NCBI GenBank assembly: GCA_038131935.1
Contig: JAYPQH010000030.1
Coordinates: 1-64,000 of the forward strand
Reading direction: 5' to 3'
DNA: 64,000 nt
Source: Alphaproteobacteria bacterium
GTDB lineage: Bacteria; Pseudomonadota; Alphaproteobacteria; UBA8317
Shown piece by piece: positions 1 through 9,571 of the stretch (the first letter of the stretch is position 1; each line of letters starts with the position of its first letter). The notes below the pieces were generated by a model. That model was not told where the DNA came from. It made no database searches and saw only the letters and a program-made list of their open reading frames with translations. Both the position numbers and the translations under genes were made by a program.

Positions 1-368
1 CAAGCATAGCGCGTTTCAGTTACGTATTGCTAAGCTGCCGATCAATGGAACAACAAGAAACGTGGGAAAAATATGAACATCTAGCCAAATGGTAAGCTAA
101 CGGAACAGCATATCATACAAAGAGCAATTCAGGGGAATGCTAATGACGTGTGAACTTATGGGAGCTAAAACTAACGACCTACTTGTTGGGCATTACTCTA
201 TCAATGTGATAGACTTTGGTAAATATATGATGAGAAATTCGTCGAGCAAAGCTTGTTATAAATACGGTGTTTGGAATGGCTATTAATGCCGTATAAATGA
301 CAAAACACTGCTTTGTTGGACTAACCTTGTGCTTTTCACGCGTGTTAATAGCACCTGGAATTAAATTT

Positions 369-396
369 ACTGAATTACTCATCCGAGCAATTCAGT
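369..396 (-). terminator. Stem-loop downstream of the integrase
   Basis: ACTGAATTACTC-ATCC-GAGCAATTCAGT, 11/12 matched arms (the mismatch is a G-U pair on the minus-strand RNA); weak U-tail. Confidence 0.4.
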
Positions 397-439
397 TCAT
401 TGAATAGACACCTTATTTCAATGATGAGAACAACAGGCA

Positions 440-1670
440 TTATCTTGTCTTATCTGCAAAAACCCATACCACAGCCCGGAGCAGCTCAGCACGTTGGGTC
501 AGAAGGCGCGTCCTATGATATGCATGCTCCACGTCTGATCCAAACTTGTGTGCAAGTTGTAGTTCGGCTGCTTCACGGGAGTGGGCATTCTCAGCCACCC
601 AGTTGCGGAAGGTAGAGCGTAACCCATGGGGGACAGCAGGACGGCCACATGCAGCATCAACAAATCCTAGCTGATCAGCGCCATGCATGCGCTTCATGAG
701 CGCAGATAGCGTCATATCAGATAGCTCCGTATTTTTGCGTGAGGGAAAGATCAATCCTTCATCCTTCTGCATGGGCTCTAAAATGTCTTTCATTGGTTTG
801 ATAATTGGAACTACATGCTCCCTATCAGCCTTCATGCGCTCGGCAGGTATTGTCCATAGGCCATAAAACCCAAGCTTTTCTATCTGCTCCCCTTTGAAAA
901 ACTCAACTTCTTCCCACCGCATGCCTCTAGCCTCACCAGATCGACAAGTGGATAACGTTAGAAACTGTAATGCTTTAGCACCCATCCCATCTCTGGATTG
1001 TAAGTCATGCCACCATCTCTGAGTGTCCTTTAACTGCAAGGATGGGTGGTGCTCTATTCTCCTACCTTGAACCTTGGATGGTAGTAATACAGATAGATTA
1101 CCCTGCCATGCTGCAGGATTTGGTAGGGACATCATTTTCTTTACAGCAGCATAATTCAATATGCGTTCAATTCTGCCTCTGAGACGCCTGGCAGTCTCAT
1201 TTTTCTCCATCCAGATAGGTCTTAGCAGCTCATGTATGTCATCTACGGTTATCTCGTTGACTTGTTTTGAGCCGATAAAGGGTAGGGCGTATGTTTGTAA
1301 GGTAGATAACCATTGCGCTTTATGCTTTGCATTTGAAAGCTCTTCCATAATTGGTGGTAACGCATCCTCCATTACTTGAGCAAAAGTTGGAATAACTTTT
1401 GGCTCTGTCTGTACATTTTTTTGGGTTTATGCCTTGAGCAGTAAGTTGCTTATTATTAAATGCTTTTAGACGGGCATTAGCTAATGTTACTAAGGGGAAG
1501 CTGCCTAAGCCTAGTTCGAGCTGTTTTCCATTATGTCGTATCCGCTGTCCCCAGCTCTTCGCGCCTGACTTCTTGACGGTGAAAAATAACCCATGCCCAC
1601 CATCATCATAGTACCGTCCTGGTTCAGATTGTGTCTTTAGGAATTGGGCGCTGAGTTTCTTTGCCAACAT
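440..1670 (-). CDS. int: P4-like tyrosine integrase (Arm-DNA-binding N-terminus plus catalytic domain), frameshifted
   Basis: GGAGG RBS then ATG at 1670. N-terminus GRYYDDGGHGL...LGLGSFPLVTLANAR; catalytic motifs CRSGEAR, PHGLRSTFR, LAH...AY. Adding one A in the T7 run at 1416-1422 joins ORFs 1320..1691 and 440..1372. A second slip near 475 would restore a typical L..W..FL C-terminus. Confidence 0.93.
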
Positions 1671-1684
1671 TGCCTCCTTGATCA

Positions 1685-1810
1685 ACCCCACAATAACCCC
1701 TACAAATTATCGGGAATACGTTGGTTTATACAAGAACATCTTGGAATAGATAGTTGATAATATCAAGCAAAAATAGTTTTAAATAAACATTATTGGAATA
1801 TTTTGGAATA
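1685..1810. repeat. Short direct repeats, candidate integrase arm-type sites
   Basis: AACCCC twice at 1685-1700; TTGGAATA at 1741, 1793 and 1803; all lie between the int start and the att fragment. Confidence 0.5.
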
Positions 1811-1823
1811 AAAATTATACGGA

Positions 1824-1837
1824 CTCCCTGTCCGCCA
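1824..1837 (+). mobile_element. att core-like fragment matching a tRNA 3' end (CTCCCTGTCCGCCA, tRNA-Ser-like)
   Basis: CCA-terminated 14-mer ending TCCGCCA about 150 bp upstream of the integrase start, with no tRNA body in front of it. Confidence 0.65.
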
Positions 1838-1885
1838 TAAAATTAAAATACTTTAAAAACAGTTGCTTAAAATTTTATTAGTTGT

Positions 1886-1907
1886 TTTGTACCGAATTTG
1901 TACCGAA
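1886..1907. repeat. Tandem 11-bp direct repeat TTTGTACCGAA x2, candidate arm site of a second element
   Basis: Exact tandem copies at 1886-1896 and 1897-1907, about 50 bp right of the att fragment. Confidence 0.55.
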
Positions 1908-2055
1908 GATAATTTAATATTTTCTAGATGATAATAAGTAAAGGCTTGTAAAGCTTTGTGTTAGGTTTGTGCTCATATCAGAATTGCGTATCTGGACATT
2001 TAAAAATTAAATGTGTGTTGTCCAAAGTTTGCTAGTTGAGTCTAAATAGTTGCCC

Positions 2056-2532
2056 CTAATATAGTCTTTGATTTTGCAACGTGTTCAGTTGATTTTGCCA
2101 TTGCTGCTGTTGTGCACTTCTCGCAGCGGATGCGGCTGCAGCTGTGGCTGCTATCGCTGCTGCTGCTGCATTATCACTAGCTATTCTTGCTGCGAATGAG
2201 TTTGTATTAGTTAAGACGCAAGCAGAGTAAGCATCAGATGATGTATTTTGAAGTACTTTCTCACATTCAAACTTTGCTAAACCTTTAGCTGAACAATCAG
2301 TTATGCCCCTTCTTTGGAGCTCGTCGTCGTATTCTTTCATGCTTTCATTATTCATTGCGATGATTAGTTCTGTAGTACCTAGAGACATAGCACCGTAGGC
2401 AAGACGTTCAACCACTGACGGAGGTTTCATTTGTGCGTAGCCCTTACAAATATCATAAGCATCAAGACTTGTAATAGGCGTTTTTCCGCAAGCTGCTAAT
2501 AAAAGAACTATTATACTGACAACGAGTCTCAT
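2056..2532 (-). CDS. Putative lipoprotein, Cys-containing, with Ala/Gln-rich C-terminal tail
   Basis: MRLVVSIIVLLLAA-C lipobox; four further Cys residues; low-complexity AAAAAIAATAAAASAARSAQQQQWQ tail. Confidence 0.7.
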   Translation of the reverse strand: MRLVVSIIVLLLAACGKTPITSLDAYDICKGYAQMKPPSVVERLAYGAMSLGTTELIIAMNNESMKEYDDELQRRGITDCSAKGLAKFECEKVLQNTSSDAYSACVLTNTNSFAARIASDNAAAAAIAATAAAASAARSAQQQQWQNQLNTLQNQRLY

Positions 2533-2680
2533 TTGGCACCTCTGCAGGAGTTATTATCAAAGATTACACCATGATTTGAGTAGTGAAAACCTTCCTATAT
2601 TTTGAATTTTGAAACTGTCAAAATACACCATATTTAAAATATAATTTTATGTTGTTATTGAAATTTTATTAAAGAGGTTT

Positions 2681-3756
2681 CTAACGTTGCATCAATTTTT
2701 TAGTTTCTTCATCATTAGATTGTACATTTAATTTATTTAGATTCTTTAAAAGTAAGAGCAGTGACTTTCGGTGATTTACAGCTACTTCTTTTTTGGATTT
2801 TTGAAGTGCCGATTTAAATGCTTGTAGAGAAGATGGTGGTTTTAAATCCCAAAAAAGCTCTGAATGTAAAAGTGACAAATTTGTTTTTACACACAACAAT
2901 GGTGACAGCGACTCGTAAAGTAAGTTCTTTTGTTGTTTTGAAAAGCGACTTAATACACAGTATTTAATTGATTTAAATTTTGATTTATAATGAAGGCTGA
3001 TATGGTAAGGGCTTGCGTGACAGATGGTTGCCACATGTTCCTGAAAGTCAGAAATGTCGGTTTGATTTAAAATATCGTACACCATGAAGATGTTTGAAAT
3101 CTTTAAAGCAACATTTCTAAAAAGTTGTTAAGCCTTCCTCCGCACCTCTACCAGTGCATATGTTTGATCAGGGTCAATCTTTTTTAAGTAAAATTCAATA
3201 TTAATTTCATCATCATTTGTCAGCTTATAACGCCCACAATATTTTAATTTTAGATGCTGTACTTGAATGCAATTATGAACGTGAGTAAGTTTTGTCATAA
3301 AATATTATGTTTGGGATTCTGCGAAGAGAGTCTTCATCAAACATAAGCTCTCTTTCTTTTTCAAAATTTATTCTTTCTTTTGCGCGATATAGGTCTTCTT
3401 GAAGCGAGCCAACTTCCATGTAATGGTTTAATAAATATTCTCTTAATCGGTCCTGTGAAAAAGTGTGAGAGCCAATAATTGAAAAAATTAGTCTAGAAAA
3501 TTTAAAATTCCGTTCATCCTTTCTGAGATGGCAATAAGCAACAATTGTATCTTCTGATGGTATTAGCGACAGTATATCAATTCGTCTCGTAGTTTTTTTT
3601 TGTTTAAAATCTGAATAGTGTAACGTTATTCCGCAAAGACTATCTTCACAGTTACTAACGTTTTTAGATGTTTAATTCAAGATGGCTATATTCTTCATCA
3701 GAGATATTTGTTTTGAATAACTCGTTAATGCGTAAACAAGATATTGGATTTTCCAT
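2681..3756 (-). pseudogene. Disrupted WYL-domain protein, possibly with a TerB-like helical C-terminus
   Basis: Manual translation: ATG at 3756 (MENPISCLRINELFK...), slip near 3672, then ITLHYSDFKQKKTTRRIDILSLIPSEDTIVAYCHLRKDERNFKFSRL (WYL signature), a further break near 3300, and an in-frame TAA near 3130 just ahead of ORF 2681..3085. Confidence 0.7.
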
Positions 3757-3842
3757 TTTCAAGTTTTAATATCATAACAGTTGCCGATTAGGTAAAAGTT
3801 AGCATATTGTGATTGTTTTAAAAAGATATTGTTTCGCTAGCG

Positions 3843-4079
3843 TTATAAACAACAGTTTGGCTGGTTTGATTTGATGCGTTTTAATAGGCGTAATAATTGA
3901 CTATAGTGTATGTCTAAATATTCAGCCGTCTTTCGTCTATCTAATCCTAGTTCTATGAACGAATATAGAACTAGGTTTTCAGTGAACGCTTGTATTGCGT
4001 CTTTAAGTGGTTTTTTTATTAATGTTTGTTTTTGTTCTATCATAGAATATCTCTGACCTGAGCCTTTAATTTCCTCCAA
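3843..4079 (-). CDS. Stand-alone Fis/NtrC-type helix-turn-helix protein
   Basis: PLKDAIQAFTENLVLYSFIELGLDRRKTAEYLDIHYSQLLRLLKRI resembles the HTH_8 C-terminus of sigma54 activators; no AAA+ domain. Confidence 0.6.
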   Translation of the reverse strand: MEEIKGSGQRYSMIEQKQTLIKKPLKDAIQAFTENLVLYSFIELGLDRRKTAEYLDIHYSQLLRLLKRIKSNQPNCCL

Positions 4080-4177
4080 AATAAAGTAGAGTCCGTCAGT
4101 AGATAGGAGACGGATTAATGAATCGTGCCATTTTTAAATAAATTTTAGATATCGTCTAATTTCAGGATCTTGATCGA

Positions 4178-5493
4178 TTAAATATCTAGGCGTAAGTTGC
4201 TTTGTATTTCATTTATCAGTGTTTTGGGTACACTCCATTCCCGAGCAAGTAGAGGCCAAGTTGATACCTGCTCGATGGTTGTATCAATAATGTCGTCGAT
4301 CTTTCTTTTGGTAAAAATTGGGATTAGCTTTTCTAAGCTGTAGAAGTCACTTCGAGTAAAGTTATCTCTTTTGCCATTCAAGCTCATCCAATGACTGTTA
4401 ACCCATTTGCTTCCTGGTTTGTAGCTGTAGGCTAAATCATAAGCAGGGGCTAGAAACCACTTGCCTTTGTTCATTATGAAGGCAAAGTTTTTTGAATGGT
4501 CATCATGGTTTCGCGCAATGATATTGAATGCCATGCGCTTGAAAAGTTGCTCAGCTTCGATCGCCGAGAGCTTGAGTTGTCTAGCGATGCCAAATAATTC
4601 TGCGTAAGAGAATGAACCAGGCTTTTTATAGTCAACGTGTGCAAGGCCGTTAAGCGTTTGTACGTGTATCTTTCTATTGTTTATTCGATCAAACCGCTTG
4701 GTTATGAAGTGTCGTCGATCTCCTTCGTTAAGTAAGCGGCACGTCATCATATCGATATCGCATTTCGTAGCCATCAAATGATAGACAAACTCCATTGCAC
4801 CATAACCCAATGGATCACCGAAGGTTTCCTGATTCTTTTTATGTTCGCTAACTCCATCAAATTTCATTAAATAATGACTAAAACCGCTTGGCACGTTTGT
4901 TTGGCCTGAACGAACTTGAGTAAAATCTTCATTAAATGCCAGCACGGCTTTTGGTCTTGCACCTCCAGCACTCATGCCAACCGATAGCAAAGACATCATA
5001 GCCTCTCTGTCATCTTTGCCATTTTGCGTGAATTCTACTTCAAAATTACCTCTTGAATCTAAAATTTCCTGTGCAATTGAAACGAGGGATTGGATCTCTA
5101 CCTTCTGTGAAGCATTCAGGCTTCTTAACTTTGTAGCCGGCGCGTATTCAAGCGCTCCCATTCCTCGCTTTCCCGTATATTGAAGGCGTTGCAATGGCGT
5201 AATATCGTTCACAGAGTGGCCCTGTTCTGCAACCCAAGCGTTGAGAACTGCGTTACCAAAGTCGTCAGGCAATGAATCCGCAATCAATCCAGGCAGCCCC
5301 TTGAACGTATTAAAATCCAGCCCAGGGAAACTGTAGATACGGCTCGATAATGGCATTTTGATAGGGGATAGTTCGACGCCATTTTTTACGAAGTTAGGAT
5401 CATATTCAAATGCCCCGAATCCTTTTTCAGTATCAAACTCACGGCGCCAACGACATCGTCTTGGTAACTTATCTTAATGACTTCCATTACCAT
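4178..5493 (-). CDS. hipA: HipA-family Ser/Thr kinase toxin (frameshift near 5437)
   Basis: MSAGGARPKA P-loop, NHDDHSKNF and LAPAYDL motifs. The N-terminal HipA-couple domain (MVMEVIKISYQDDVVGAVSFDTEKGFGAFEYDP) is restored by one extra T. Confidence 0.93.
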
Positions 5494-5808
5494 TCTGGTG
5501 CTTCCTCATCCTTGTTACTGCGAAGGCCTGAGGCTCTCTGTCTTTTCTTACCTTGTAATTTAGCTAGCTGTAGGGGAAATATCTTGTTTAGGCAGAAATA
5601 TATCTAGCTGTTCAGTGAGGTCCAGGGCTATTAGTATCGCGACCAAGATTTCCAGCTGAACTTTTCCTTTTTCAGCATTCAGAACTGTTTTGCGGGCTAT
5701 GCCTGCAAGCGTTGCAACTTCAGATTGTGTTAGGTCTCGATTTAGTCGAGCTTGCTTCAGTCTGTCACCTATCTCTTCTGTTAATGCTTTAGCAGTAATT
5801 TCTTTCAT
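5487..5808 (-). CDS. hipB: HipB-like XRE antitoxin (frameshift near 5572)
   Basis: LKQARLNRDLTQSEVATLAGIARKTVLNAEKG HTH. The corrected C-terminus ...SPLQLAKLQGKKRQRASG...EAPEW* overlaps the hipA ATG (ATGGTAA). Confidence 0.9.
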
Positions 5809-5814
5809 TTTAAG

Positions 5815-5931
5815 GTCCCTAAAAAGTAACTTTAAGGCAAATATTCTTGTTTATGTCCCTAATGTAGGACCTTGCGCGACTTTCTGTCAAATTCATTTTA
5901 TAAAATGCTAAAACGGTTACATTAAGGGTGC
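5815..5931. promoter_or_regulatory. Candidate HipB operator array
   Basis: GTCCCTAAAAAGTAAC (5815-5830), palindromic GTCC-N8-GGAC (5855-5870) and an inverted variant at 5916-5931, directly upstream of hipB. The spacing matches E. coli TATCC-N8-GGATA. Confidence 0.5.
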
Positions 5932-6191
5932 ATTTTGGACTTAGAGTAACTAATTCGATACTTTATAATTCTTTGTGTAAGGGGGTAAATGTTGCAGGGC
6001 ACGTTTGGATGGATGTTATTTGCCACCAAACCATTAATACACCCAATGACCGCCAAGGATGGCGGAAATGCCGAAAACGCAGGAGCAGCTTTACGGCGAC
6101 ACCCATTCCACCTCAGTCACCTTCCACTTGCTATCCAACTCCTTCAGAGCGTTCATGCCTCCTGCCAACAAAAACCAAGAAGGAGGTACAC

Positions 6192-6458
6192 ATGGCGATT
6201 AAACACCTCAACCAACAGACCCTAGCGGAGCGATGGCAGGTAGGTGAAACGACCCTAGAGCGCTGGCGATCGCAGGGAGTAGGATCTGTTTTCCTGAAGC
6301 TGCATGGACGGCTTGTTTGCAGAAAGCAGGATCTCGAGGCGTATGAGGAGCAATGTCTCCGTCAAAGTACCGCTCAAAGAGCCATTTCTGCGCAACTCAG
6401 CGATCTTCAAACCAACCGTCCTCATTCGCTTGACTTAACTCCCCCTCTGAAGCCGTGA
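6192..6458 (+). CDS. AlpA/excisionase-like HTH DNA-binding protein, possibly degenerate
   Basis: AGGAGG RBS, ATG at 6192; HLNQQTLAERWQVGETTLERWRSQGVG.VFLKL.GR...R..D.EAYE. Confidence 0.8.
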   Translation: MAIKHLNQQTLAERWQVGETTLERWRSQGVGSVFLKLHGRLVCRKQDLEAYEEQCLRQSTAQRAISAQLSDLQTNRPHSLDLTPPLKP

Positions 6459-6459
6459 T

Positions 6460-6508
6460 GTACAGGAAGTACGAATGCCGCGAAGCACAGGGATGTCCGG
6501 GAGCGGCC
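6460..6508. repeat. Small GC-rich structured element, REP-like
   Basis: GTAC-AGGAA-GTAC hairpin followed by GCCGC...ACA-GGGA-TGT...GCGGC nested stem; single copy in this window. Confidence 0.4.
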
Positions 6509-6689
6509 CATGTGTAACCAGCTTGGAGCGTTTATGGAAACCGCATCATACCCAAAATTTTTTCTTATATCGAATGGTTCAGCTCAATATTAATAAAAAT
6601 ACTTACGGAGATCATATTTTTCACGTTAAAGAAAAAAATAGAATTTTTCCCTTCTTTTAGCGTGCTTTAACAAATAGGAGCTTTGTCAC

Positions 6690-7655
6690 GTGGCAGTTAT
6701 TTTTTCCTATGAACTAGATGAACAAAGTACGGGACGTGAATTATTCGGTGATGATATACGTCAAATGCTCAAGGATGATAGGCTAGCATGGGTTCACCTT
6801 GACCTAAATTCGCCTACAATTTTAGCATGGCTGTCTGAAAATGTAGGATACCTAGGTACCCCTCTTTTATCGGCATTATTAGCGGAGGAAACACGCCCCA
6901 GGGTGTCCGTTTATAAAGACGGCCTTCTTATCATTTTAAGGAGTGTAAATCAAAACTCTGGTTCTAATCCAGAAGACATGGTCTCAATCCGGCTTTGGAT
7001 AGATAGTCATAGAATAATTTCAGTGCAAAAGAGAGCCTCCAGGGCCGTAGAGGAATTGTGTGAAGATATACGGTCTGGATCGGCACCAAAGAATAGTGCT
7101 GAATTTATAGATCAATTATTGTTAAAGCTTCTAAAGGAAGCATCTGCTGAAATAGAAACGCGCGTAATTGCTGTGGATGATATTGAAGATGAGATATTTG
7201 AAACTGGTAAGGTTCAGGCTGTTGAAAAAATCAGTTTGGAAAGGCGAAAAAATATAATTTTGCAAAGATTTATAAGACCGCAGAAGGACGTAATCCAGCA
7301 AATCCATAATAGTCATGTTGGTTGGATAAATACCGAAAAGAAAACGTCGTACTATGAAATTTACCAAGGATATTTGCGCCTGTCAGAAGAATTAGAATTA
7401 AATAATGAAAGATTGCGCCTTTCAGATGATGAAGTGGCAAAGCAAACGCAAGAAAGACTTAACAGAAACTTATATAGAATTTCCGTATTGTCAGCGATAT
7501 TTCTACCCTTGGGCTTTCTCACAGGCCTTCTTGGTGTAAATATCGGTGGTATGCCTGGCGTAAGTTCATCTTATGCATTTGGTTTTTTCTGTCTTTTACT
7601 TTTGTTGGTTTTAAGCTTTCAACTGTATCTCATGCGTAAGTTTAGATGGCTCTAA
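6690..7655 (+). CDS. zntB: ZntB/CorA-family divalent metal transporter
   Basis: WVHLD, LLAEETRPR, DMVSIRLW, FLPLGFLTGLLGVNIGGMPG plus two C-terminal TM helices. Confidence 0.9.
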   Translation: MAVIFSYELDEQSTGRELFGDDIRQMLKDDRLAWVHLDLNSPTILAWLSENVGYLGTPLLSALLAEETRPRVSVYKDGLLIILRSVNQNSGSNPEDMVSIRLWIDSHRIISVQKRASRAVEELCEDIRSGSAPKNSAEFIDQLLLKLLKEASAEIETRVIAVDDIEDEIFETGKVQAVEKISLERRKNIILQRFIRPQKDVIQQIHNSHVGWINTEKKTSYYEIYQGYLRLSEELELNNERLRLSDDEVAKQTQERLNRNLYRISVLSAIFLPLGFLTGLLGVNIGGMPGVSSSYAFGFFCLLLLLVLSFQLYLMRKFRWL

Positions 7656-7968
7656 ATGAAAGCTATTGCTCAAAACCCCCAATCTGTCTGACTGCATCTA
7701 CACCGGCTATAACTTGCTCCATCAACATCTCAATTTAAAGTAACTTCATAACAGGTTCTTCTGGATATGGTTGTTTGCTCGTTATTCTCCTTCTTCGTCT
7801 CCCAAACATAGCTTTTAGCCTGTTGCTAAAGTTGGTCCCATTATTCTCATTTGATTGATTTATTTTTCTTACTCAGTGACGTTTTGGCAGATTCATTAAA
7901 ACCAAACGATTCGTTGTGTTAATGACTTGTTACGCACTTATTCGGCATCCATGGAAAGGACAAGGGTC

Positions 7969-8454
7969 ATGGAAAATAATGGTGAAATTTCTGGCGGTTA
8001 TCTTGAGCACCCCATGGCTGAGGATGCGATGATTATGATGCAGCGCGCGTTGGCATCGTCTGAACAGGATTTTGGTGATTTTTTTCTGGCTCGGCTGATG
8101 GGATTTGACATCAGCTATGGTGAGGATAGTTGTACCGTGCAATTTGACGCTGGACCCACTTTGGGAAATCCACAGGGCAGTTTGCATGGTGGGGTCATTG
8201 CCACGGCTATGGATGTGTCAATGGGTCATTTGCTGAGACGTCATCATGGCCCTGGCATTACATTGGAGATGAAAGTGCAGTACTTGGCCGCTGTAAAATC
8301 TGGTCCAGTCGCAGCAACCGCACGGTTCATCCGTGCGGGCAAATCTATTGCTTTCCTGCAATCGGTGTTGGTTGACGCCGAGGGAACCGAGTTGGCAGTG
8401 GCTTCAGCCACATGGAAACGTTTGAAAGTGCCAACGTCAACAAACGATAAATAA
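7969..8454 (+). CDS. PaaI-family hotdog thioesterase
   Basis: NPQGSLHGGVIATAMD motif; start codon uncertain. Confidence 0.88.
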   Translation: MENNGEISGGYLEHPMAEDAMIMMQRALASSEQDFGDFFLARLMGFDISYGEDSCTVQFDAGPTLGNPQGSLHGGVIATAMDVSMGHLLRRHHGPGITLEMKVQYLAAVKSGPVAATARFIRAGKSIAFLQSVLVDAEGTELAVASATWKRLKVPTSTNDK

Positions 8455-8728
8455 TTCATGTTGGTTATTTTCTCAACGAATGATGTGCGCCTTGTGATGG
8501 TGACCAGTTCTGATCCATTCCTTTCTTTTGTGTTTTGATGATATCATTTTCTTTATGACAAGACCCAATGTTTGCTAACGATTTGGTTTGCCTAGCAAAT
8601 CGATTTCTAGGATATTGGTAGATGCGATATGAATAGGTGACGTAGAGGCTGATTTCCTAATCGCAATATTTTCGTTTGTATTTTCTTAACAAAATTGTGA
8701 ATGTTTCAAAACTTTTTGAGAGGCTGTT

Positions 8729-9571
8729 GTGCGGGTCCTGTTTTTCTTTTCTATCTTCTTTCTCTGTGTTCTGGGTGGGCCTACAAATTTGGCATCTGCC
8801 CCATCAGAATATGTGCAATTGAGGGCGCAAAATGGTGATTTGGTCTTGGGAGAATTCTATCCAACAACCAGTCTGGGTAAAGCACCAACGATATTCATGT
8901 TGCATGGTTGTGGTGGGCTCTGGCGCGATGATGGGACGCTTGGTTCTCGCTTCAAGTTATGGCGCGATTTATTTCTTGAACAGGGCTACCATGTGTTCTT
9001 ACTCGACAGCTTTACGGGAAGAAATGCGGCAAGTCAGTGCAAGGTAAAAAATCATGAACGTGTCGCACGTGCAAATGTTGAGCGTCCACAAGATGTTTTG
9101 CTTGGGCTAGGTTGGCTCAAGAATGATCAGCGTGTTGATCCCCAAAAGATTGTCCTTGGTGGTTGGTCTAACGGTGCCATGACGATGTTGTGGACAATGG
9201 CTAATAAGCAAAGCGAGCCAGGAGCTTTTTTTAAAGCTGCCTTTGGATTCTATCCCGGTTGTAAAAAAATACTGCGAGAAAAACCACATTATAAGCCCAG
9301 TGCCGAAACCTTATTATTGCTGGCTAAGGAAGATAACTGGACGTATGCCGCACCTTGTGAACGGCTTGTGCGTGACAGCAACAAAAATGGTGTTGCCCGC
9401 ATGAGCGTGGTAACTTTTCCTGGGGCATATCATGGATTTGACAATCCAGATATGCCGTTACGGGAGATTACAGTTGCTGGGGGACGTAAGGTATTGTTGG
9501 GCTCTAATGATCAAGCAAGGATACGTGCTGAACAACATATACTTCAATTTTTGTCAGCGGTTTTGGAATGA
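8729..9571 (+). CDS. Secreted dienelactone-hydrolase-family alpha/beta hydrolase
   Basis: Signal peptide, LHGCGG, GWSNG nucleophile elbow, GAYHGFD. Confidence 0.85.
   Translation: MRVLFFFSIFFLCVLGGPTNLASAPSEYVQLRAQNGDLVLGEFYPTTSLGKAPTIFMLHGCGGLWRDDGTLGSRFKLWRDLFLEQGYHVFLLDSFTGRNAASQCKVKNHERVARANVERPQDVLLGLGWLKNDQRVDPQKIVLGGWSNGAMTMLWTMANKQSEPGAFFKAAFGFYPGCKKILREKPHYKPSAETLLLLAKEDNWTYAAPCERLVRDSNKNGVARMSVVTFPGAYHGFDNPDMPLREITVAGGRKVLLGSNDQARIRAEQHILQFLSAVLE

Noticed and set aside
1-95. 3' end of a + strand ORF (...MEQQETWEKYEHLAKW*)
   Set aside because: Too short to identify.
179-382. 67-aa minus-strand ORF after the integrase
   Set aside because: No recognisable motif, and its start lies within the putative terminator hairpin.
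1410-1425. Programmed ribosomal frameshift in the integrase at the A7 run
   Set aside because: The same kind of homopolymer slip occurs in many unrelated genes here, so sequencing error is the simpler explanation.
1824-1837. Possible tRNA gene
   Set aside because: Only the 3' 14 nt are present; there is no T-loop GTTC, D-arm or anticodon arm upstream.
2095-2195. GCT/GCA trinucleotide repeats as a repeat array or contingency locus
   Set aside because: They are imperfect codon repeats encoding the Ala/Gln tract of the lipoprotein.
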